64,000 bases of DNA from the human T2T-CHM13v2.0 reference genome, Homo sapiens. The notes under the pieces are model-generated. The model was not told the DNA's origin and did not search any database. It worked only from the letters and a program-made list of their open reading frames with translations. The stretch spans positions 14,912,001-14,976,000 of the forward strand of contig CP086569.2 of NCBI GenBank assembly GCA_009914755.4, written 5' to 3'. The position numbers and the translations under genes were made by a program. Shown one piece after another: positions 60,136 to 64,000 of this stretch; the first letter of the stretch is position 1; each line of letters begins with the position of its first letter.

Positions 60136-62289
60136 TGTTCCTTCAACTAAACAAGCTTAATTACAATGAAGCCCTTTGTGCTCATCTTTAACCTCCTCCC
60201 ACACAGTCTTAAATAAAACAAACCACACATGAACAGTCTTCAGGGAGGACACTGCAGAAAAGCAGAGACACAGAAATGTAGCAATAACAAACTCTGGCTA
60301 TCCTTGGCATTTATAGCACAAGAACAGACTTTATATAGATACTCAAATGGATTTACAGACATAGGTGACTGTCAGCCTTAGAGATGTGCCACCAGAAGCT
60401 CTCAAGTCACTGACTAGCTTTAAGGGCTACAGTTGGCTGGCAGCCTCCAACTGCAATGCCTCAAGACCAGCTGTTGAGTTTATATGGAAGTCACACTCTT
60501 CTTGGGGGAGCTCCTAGCCAAGGTGGAATATGGTTACCAACACTAGGGTGTGTCCACTTCTGTCTTCTGTGTTGCTGCCCTGTGAACAGTCTTTATGCTG
60601 GAGACCCCTGGGCTGGCTGAACATTCCTCAGAGACACAATGTCACCTGAGGATCTTCCTACTGAATCGTCCTCCACTCCCACTTCCCTTCACAGATTTCA
60701 GACTGCACTGTGGTCAAATGCCCCCCAGGTCCAAAATAACAGCCCCAAACATCTCCACACATCTTACACAACCTTATCCAAGTTGTACTGTACTTACTTG
60801 AGACACAATAATAATTTTTAAAAAATTGTAGAGAAATACTTTGCTCCAAAATTCTGTTATTTTCCTGGTTTTCTAATAGTTTATTTATTTGAACAGTTCT
60901 ATGGAGTTACAAGGTATGACTAGCTTGTCTTTTTAATGGAATACCTATCACATATGGCTCAGGAAAAAGTGATTACAGATCATGCTCTTTTCATGCAATA
61001 TTTGTTTAGCAAATTAAATTTGTTAAGCCACATTAGCTCAATGATATGAAAATTTTAATAATGTTAGATCTATAAATTGTAGGAAAAATGAATTAGAATT
61101 TCAAAATGTGTTTAGTTCCAAGGAATTGGATTACTTGTGTATGTTTCATCTGGAGAGATAAATGATGTTCTAAATTACTGCCCATATTAGCCGTTTAATT
61201 TCATTCTTGTTTTAGTAATTTTTATTTTTCAACATATTTAAAACATTAAAGATAATCAAAAAGTTTCATGCAGAGTATTTCAAAATATTACTTTGATCTG
61301 GTGATCTATATGTTTTAGATATAAATATTGTTAAGATTAAGGATAATAACAAAATATTTGCTCTATGACAAACAGCAGTCTATACTCTTTGCATATATTA
61401 ACTCATTTAGCCTTAGACACATTTTAAAGCTTAAATATAATCATTATCCTCTTAACACACATTTTATTGATTATTCTGATCTAGACAGTTAAATGTTTTT
61501 AATGTTAATCTTGTCATGATTTAGGATAACAATACAATAAACTGTTCTGAACACTTGACAAATAGTATCTCATGCTCCTTATACATATTAACTCATTTAG
61601 CCTCATACACATTATATAATTTAGGCATAATCATTATCCACAAGGTAAAGATTAAGGAACTGAGAGAGGTATGTTGCCGGTGTGACTAGCTGGAGCCAAT
61701 GTTTTGTGATGTAAAGGAATTTACCAAGACAGTTGTAAGTAATGAAAGCCAGATTTATTAGAGAAAGTATGAAAATACATTGCAAGGGTGCAACAGGCAG
61801 CACAGCAGAGAAGGGACTGTCTGTCAAGAGGCAGGGGCTGGAGGTAAATTTTATACGAGTGTGCTGGTGGAGGCTATGGGTGGAATGAAGTCATGCGGTT
61901 GGGGTTATGTGCACAGGGAGGTAGTTGTGTCAGTGGGATGTTTGTGATTGGCTGTCTCTCAATACAGTTCTTCTACTCTTCTCCCTCACCAGGCCAGGGG
62001 CCTTCACTCATCTTGAACACTTCCCCACCTGGGGCTCCTTCTTTGTTGTTGATTATCAAGACTCCACAAGGTGAAACAAGAGGACAGAACAGAAAGCTCT
62101 ACAGATTGTCCCCGCAGCAAAGACACCAATTTAACAAATATTTACACAGAAAAAAACACCTGCATAGAACAAAAAATCAAGTGAGCTCTCAAAGGACCTG
62201 GTTTTAACTTCATATGACTCAAAGAGACACTGAAGAGATTGAAAAAGCAGTCCTGAATTACCAATGCTATCCACCCCATGTCACACAGT

Positions 62290-63980
62290 GGTAGCACTGA
62301 ACTCAGTGCTGTTCTATTACAGCAGAAAAGAAAATCAGACTGCTGTCACCACTGTCAACTCAACATAATACTGGAAGTCCTAGCTAGAGCAACTAGACGA
62401 AAGAAAGATGTAAAGGGCATCCAAATTGGAAAGGAAAAAGTCAAATCATCCATATTTGCAGATGATATAATCTTGCATTTAGAAAAACCTAAAGACTGTA
62501 CAAAAAACCTATTATAACTAATAAACAAATTCAGTAAAGTTGCAGGATACTAAATCAACCTACAAAAATCAGTAGGATTTTTATATGCCAACAGTGAACA
62601 AAGTAAAAAAGAAATTTCAAAAGTAATCCCTTTATAATAGCCACACATAAAATATAATATCTAGGAATTAATGAAAGAAGTGAAAGATTTCTATAATAAA
62701 AACTATAAAACATTGATGAAAGAAATTGAACAGGACACCAAAAAATGGAAAAATATTTCATGTATATGGATTGGAAGAATCCATGTAAAACCTCCTCTTT
62801 CCCCCAAACAACACCTACAACTTACAGCGCTAAGTGTAACTATTCTAGGATTCTTAATGGCCTTAGAACTGAGCCTTAGGGCCAACAGACTTAAAATAAG
62901 ACTCCCGTTACACACAATAACTTCTCTAACATATTAGGATTTTACTCGAATCAAAGCAACCTGCAGATTCAATGAAATTCTTACCAAAATGCCAATGACA
63001 TTCTTCACAGAAATTGAAAAACAATCTTAAAATCTAAAATTTATATGGAACCATGAAAGACACAGCATAGCCAAAGCTATCATAAGCAATGAACAAAACT
63101 GGAGTAATCAGATTACCTGACTTCACATTATACTACATATACAGCTATGGTAACCAAAACAGCGTGGTACTGGCATAAAAGCAGGAACATAGACCAGTGG
63201 AACAGAGTAGAGAACCCAGAAACAAATCCATACACCCACAATGAACTCATTTTTGACAATGTTGCCAAGCATATACACTGGGGAAAAGACGGTCTTTTCC
63301 ATAAATGTTGTTGGGAAAACTGATATCCTTATTTAGAAGGATAAAACTAGACCCCTATATCTCACCATATAAAAAATTCAAATCGAAATGGATTAAAAAC
63401 GTAACCATAAGACTTCAAATAATTAAACTCCTACAAGAAAACATTGGGAAATGTCTCCAAGACATGGTCTGGGCAAAAAATTTTTGAGCAGTACTCCACA
63501 AGCACAGGCAACAAAAGCAAAACTGAACAAATGGGATCACATCAAGGTTAAAACCTGCTGCACAGCAAAGGATGCAATCAACAAAGTGAAGAGACAACCC
63601 ACAGAATGGGAGAAAATGCTTGCAAACTATCCATCTGAGAAGGGATTAATAACGAGAATAGACAAGGAGCTCAAACAGCTCTCTAGAAAAAAAATCTAAT
63701 AATACAATCAAAATGTGGCCCAAAATTTTGAATAGACATTTCTGAAAAGCAGACATACAAATGGCAAATAAGCATGTGAAAAGGTGCTCAACGTCACTGA
63801 TCATCAGACAAATGCAAATTGAAACTGCAATGAGATATCATCTCACACCAATTAAAATAGCTTGTATCCAAAAAACAGGCAATAACAAATGTTGGTGAGG
63901 ATGTGGAGAAAAGGGAACTGCTCGTTGTTGGCAGACCTGAAATCAGGACACCCACTATGGAGAACAGTTTGAAAGTTTCT
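62290..63980 (+). mobile_element. Ancient L1 (L1M/L1PB-like) ORF2 3' half, degenerate
   Basis: ORF-track fragments: '[43 protein letters not shown]' (RT), 'NKNYKTLMKEIEQDTKKWKNISCIWIGRI', 'KFKSKWIKNVTIRLQIIKLLQENIGKCLQD', 'TKAKLNKWDHIKVKTCCTAKDAINKVKRQPTEWEKMLANYPSEKGLITRI'. Terminal 'atcatcagacaaatgcaaattgaaactgcaatgagatatcatctcacacc'. Confidence 0.85.
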
Positions 63981-64000
63981 GGCTGGGTGCGGTGGCTCAT
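63981..64000 (+). mobile_element. 5' end of an Alu, cut by the window end
   Basis: 'ggctgggtgcggtggctcat'. Confidence 0.7.

Overview
This window is primate (hominoid) nuclear DNA, not a prokaryotic locus. It is densely populated with Alu, L1, SVA, MaLR-LTR and ERV repeats and with micro/minisatellites. Two things dominate it.

(1) A very large inverted repeat (palindrome). Positions 1..14304 are the reverse complement of 17719..32023 at about 99.99% identity. In the inner 14.3 kb I found one substitution and one 1-bp homopolymer indel. The spacer between the arms is 3414 bp and is not itself symmetric. The left arm is cut off by the window start, so the arms are at least 14.3 kb and probably longer. 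Each arm carries the same cargo in mirrored order: three Alus, a (TTTC)n repeat, a partial Alu, a MaLR LTR fragment, an inactivated full-length L1 of about 6.0 kb, and another Alu.

(2) A small two-exon gene at 50947..51516 (+). It encodes a 125-aa VCX/VCY-family protein ([14 protein letters not shown]...[11 protein letters not shown]) that lacks the acidic decapeptide repeat array, i.e. VCY-type. A G-rich ~30-35 bp minisatellite lies downstream.

Near-identical arms, a 3.4 kb spacer and a VCY-type gene about 33 kb from the spacer edge all fit the smallest VCY-bearing ampliconic palindrome of the human Y chromosome (P8: reported ~36 kb arms, 3.4 kb spacer), or its great-ape orthologue. That locus assignment is inference from memory of the literature, not a database hit.

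I see no other convincing protein-coding gene. Every other long ORF is L1 ORF1/ORF2 debris, ERV pol debris or repeat-array read-through. No rRNA or tRNA genes, and no CRISPR.
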